Assembly (NCBI GenBank): GCA_977020255.1
Contig: CDROCS010006636.1
Coordinates: 1-64,000 of the forward strand
Length of the DNA: 64,000 nt
DNA from: Obrimoposthia wandeli
Lineage: Eukaryota
Direction of reading: 5' to 3'
The notes under the pieces were generated by a model. The model was given only the letters and a program-made list of their open reading frames with translations. It did no database searches and was not told where the DNA came from. Positions 61,926 through 64,000 of the stretch are shown here, piece by piece. The position numbers and the translations under genes were made by a program. The stretch's first letter is position 1; each line of letters starts with the position of its first letter.

Positions 61926-62972
61926 TTAATGTATAGCTGATTGAATTGCTATTTGAGTTTTATCGATTATTAACTGTCTGTCTTCGTCACTAAAAACGGC
62001 ATAAACAGGTAAATACCACCAGTTTTCTTTACAAAAACCATGACACTTAACGGCATCTTTTTCAGTCATTAATAAGGGTATATTATCATCAAATTCTTTA
62101 AAGTCATCAAGGACAAAAGCATGATGATCAACAAAACTTTGCTGATTAATTACCTTAAGTTGGTGCTCTTTTAGTGTATCGAAAAATCGCTGTGGTGCGC
62201 CAATGCCTGCAATTGCATTCACCGAGTCATTTAATTTAATAAAATCCGTTAAATTAATGCGTTCACCGGTAAATAAGTTACACAACTCTGTTGCTGCCAA
62301 TGTCATGTGCATACACGGATAAGGTTTTTTCTGGTAGTCCTGCGCATTGTTACCATTATAACCTGTACCATTAAAGATAACTAAGTCACTTTTAGGTAAA
62401 CGCCACTGCCCTTCTCGCAATGGGCCCGCAGGTAATAACAAACCATTACCAAATAAACGTTTGCCATCGACAACCACTAGCTCTAAATCACGGGCTAAAC
62501 GATAATGCTGTAAACCATCATCACTAATAATAATGTCGCAACCTTGAGCAATAAGTAACTCCGCGCTAGCGATGCGATCACTACCAACAGCAATAGGAAC
62601 CTGACAACGTTGCTGAATAAGTATAGGCTCATCACCGGCTTCTAATGAAGTAGAGTTTTCATTAAGCAAATAGGGATAGTGAGGCGCTTTACCGCCATAA
62701 CCTCGCGAGATTACACCTGGCGTTAAACCGAGTAAACGAGTCAGTTCAACCAAATATAAAACTATCGGAGTTTTACCATTGCCGCCGACACCTATGTTAC
62801 CAACAACAATAACAGGCTTACTTAATTCACATGATTTTGATAAACCAATGTTAAAACTGAGACGTCTTAATGTACTAATCAGCCAGAATAACGCTGATAA
62901 AGGCAGTAACATTGGTACTAACAGCCATTTAGCCGGATGATGATTAAACCAAACTTTCTCAATTAAGCGCAT
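61926..62972 (-). CDS. lpxK: tetraacyldisaccharide 4'-kinase
   Basis: VGNIGVGGNGKTP, SRGYG, DDGLQH, MTEKDAVK. Confidence 0.97.
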   Translation of the reverse strand: MRLIEKVWFNHHPAKWLLVPMLLPLSALFWLISTLRRLSFNIGLSKSCELSKPVIVVGNIGVGGNGKTPIVLYLVELTRLLGLTPGVISRGYGGKAPHYPYLLNENSTSLEAGDEPILIQQRCQVPIAVGSDRIASAELLIAQGCDIIISDDGLQHYRLARDLELVVVDGKRLFGNGLLLPAGPLREGQWRLPKSDLVIFNGTGYNGNNAQDYQKKPYPCMHMTLAATELCNLFTGERINLTDFIKLNDSVNAIAGIGAPQRFFDTLKEHQLKVINQQSFVDHHAFVLDDFKEFDDNIPLLMTEKDAVKCHGFCKENWWYLPVYAVFSDEDRQLIIDKTQIAIQSAIH

Positions 62973-62984
62973 ATCACCTCTTCC

Positions 62985-64000
62985 CTATTCAAATTGGAAA
63001 CTATGCAACTGGGCATAAGCACCTTGTTTGGCAAGTAAACTTTGATGGTTACCTTGCTCCACAATTTTACCTTGGTCCATAACTATTATTTTATCTGCAT
63101 TCTCAATAGTCGATAATCGATGGGCAATAACAATTGAAGTACGATTTTGCTGTAATGTTTGTAGCGCATCTTGAATATGACGTTCCGATTCTGTATCTAA
63201 CGCACTGGTTGCTTCATCTAAAATTAAGAATGGTGTATCGCACAATAAAGCTCGCGCAATAGCTACACGCTGACGTTGACCACCTGAAAGTAAAGCCCCA
63301 TTTTCACCAATATTGGTTTCAAGCCCTTGCTCCATATGTTCAGCAAATTCCATAACATGCGCACTTTTTGCCGCGGCGATAATTTCAGCTTCAGTCGCTT
63401 CAGGTTTACCATAGGCGATATTATTGGCTAAAGTATCATTAAATAATACAACCTGTTGAGATACATAAGAAAACTGCTTACGTAAATCTTTTAACTGAAA
63501 TTTTTCAATATTAGTATCATCGATTAATATCTCACCACGTGTGGCATCATAAAAGCGTAATAATAATGAACTTGCCGTTGATTTACCGCTGCCTGAACGT
63601 CCAACTAATGCCATAGTTTCGCCTGGCGCTAAGTCAAAAGTAAGATCACGTAGCGCTAGCTTAGTTTCTTGCTCTTTATCACTTGCTGCCATGGTATTTG
63701 TATAAGAAAAATCAACATGCTTAAAAGACAAAGTCCCTGAGGCTCTATCAAGTTTTTTGTCACCATTATCTTTTTCTTTTTCATGATCGAGTATCGAAAA
63801 TATACTGACACAAGCCGCCATTCCTTGTTGAAACTCACTATTGACATTAGTTAGCATTTTCAGAGGTCTAAGTAACATAGTCATATAAGTGATAATACTG
63901 ACAAAAGTACCTGGGGATATGTTATCGCGTAAACTATCTGAAGTGATGGCATAGAAAACAAAGGCTAAAGCAAACGAGGCTATTACTTGAATAATGGGTA
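62985..64000 (-). CDS. msbA: lipid A ABC exporter (partial; 5' end beyond the window)
   Basis: GRSGSGKS, LSGGQRQR, LDEATSALD; frame stays open to the window edge (PIIQVIASFAL...). Confidence 0.95.
   Translation of the reverse strand, partial: PIIQVIASFALAFVFYAITSDSLRDNISPGTFVSIITYMTMLLRPLKMLTNVNSEFQQGMAACVSIFSILDHEKEKDNGDKKLDRASGTLSFKHVDFSYTNTMAASDKEQETKLALRDLTFDLAPGETMALVGRSGSGKSTASSLLLRFYDATRGEILIDDTNIEKFQLKDLRKQFSYVSQQVVLFNDTLANNIAYGKPEATEAEIIAAAKSAHVMEFAEHMEQGLETNIGENGALLSGGQRQRVAIARALLCDTPFLILDEATSALDTESERHIQDALQTLQQNRTSIVIAHRLSTIENADKIIVMDQGKIVEQGNHQSLLAKQGAYAQLHSFQFE

Noticed and set aside
1-64000. Integron integrase, transposase, tRNA or rRNA genes
   Set aside because: No tyrosine-recombinase, DDE or HUH motifs in any ORF, and no recognisable tRNA or rRNA sequence

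Overview
AT-rich marine gammaproteobacterial chromosome segment; protein content and gene order suggest Colwellia/Colwelliaceae (inference, no search run). (1) 1-11.7 kb: a decaying integron gene-cassette array with no integrase in the window. About 15 short, mostly co-oriented genes are separated by related ~100-bp attC-like sites, several of which have lost the invariant GTT crossover. (2) 13.5-19 kb: oleABCD olefin genes plus a PfaT/Orf6-type thioesterase. (3) 19.3-27.7 kb: large Asp-rich TSP3-repeat surface protein with a GlyGly-CTERM-like tail, a small OM beta-barrel, ggt, a DTW protein and rhombosortase. (4) 27.8-35.3 kb: cysD-cysN-SLC13/TrkA-C permease-cysC-DHH phosphoesterase-galE. (5) 35.5-64 kb: mostly core genes: comEA, TlpA-like, mfd, csiV, rsuA, HD-GYP, M16 protease, roxA, ubiVU/ubiT, a kinase-ATPase-GAF-GGDEF protein, kdsB, ycaR, lpxK, partial msbA. 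Patches of dense indels and substitutions break the ole genes, ggt, the DTW gene and cysN, and look more like consensus errors than true decay. The most unusual non-coding signal is three 264-268-bp intergenic elements with different terminal repeats but the same cloverleaf geometry and conserved hairpin loops. No rRNA, tRNA, CRISPR array, transposase or integrase gene was recognised.
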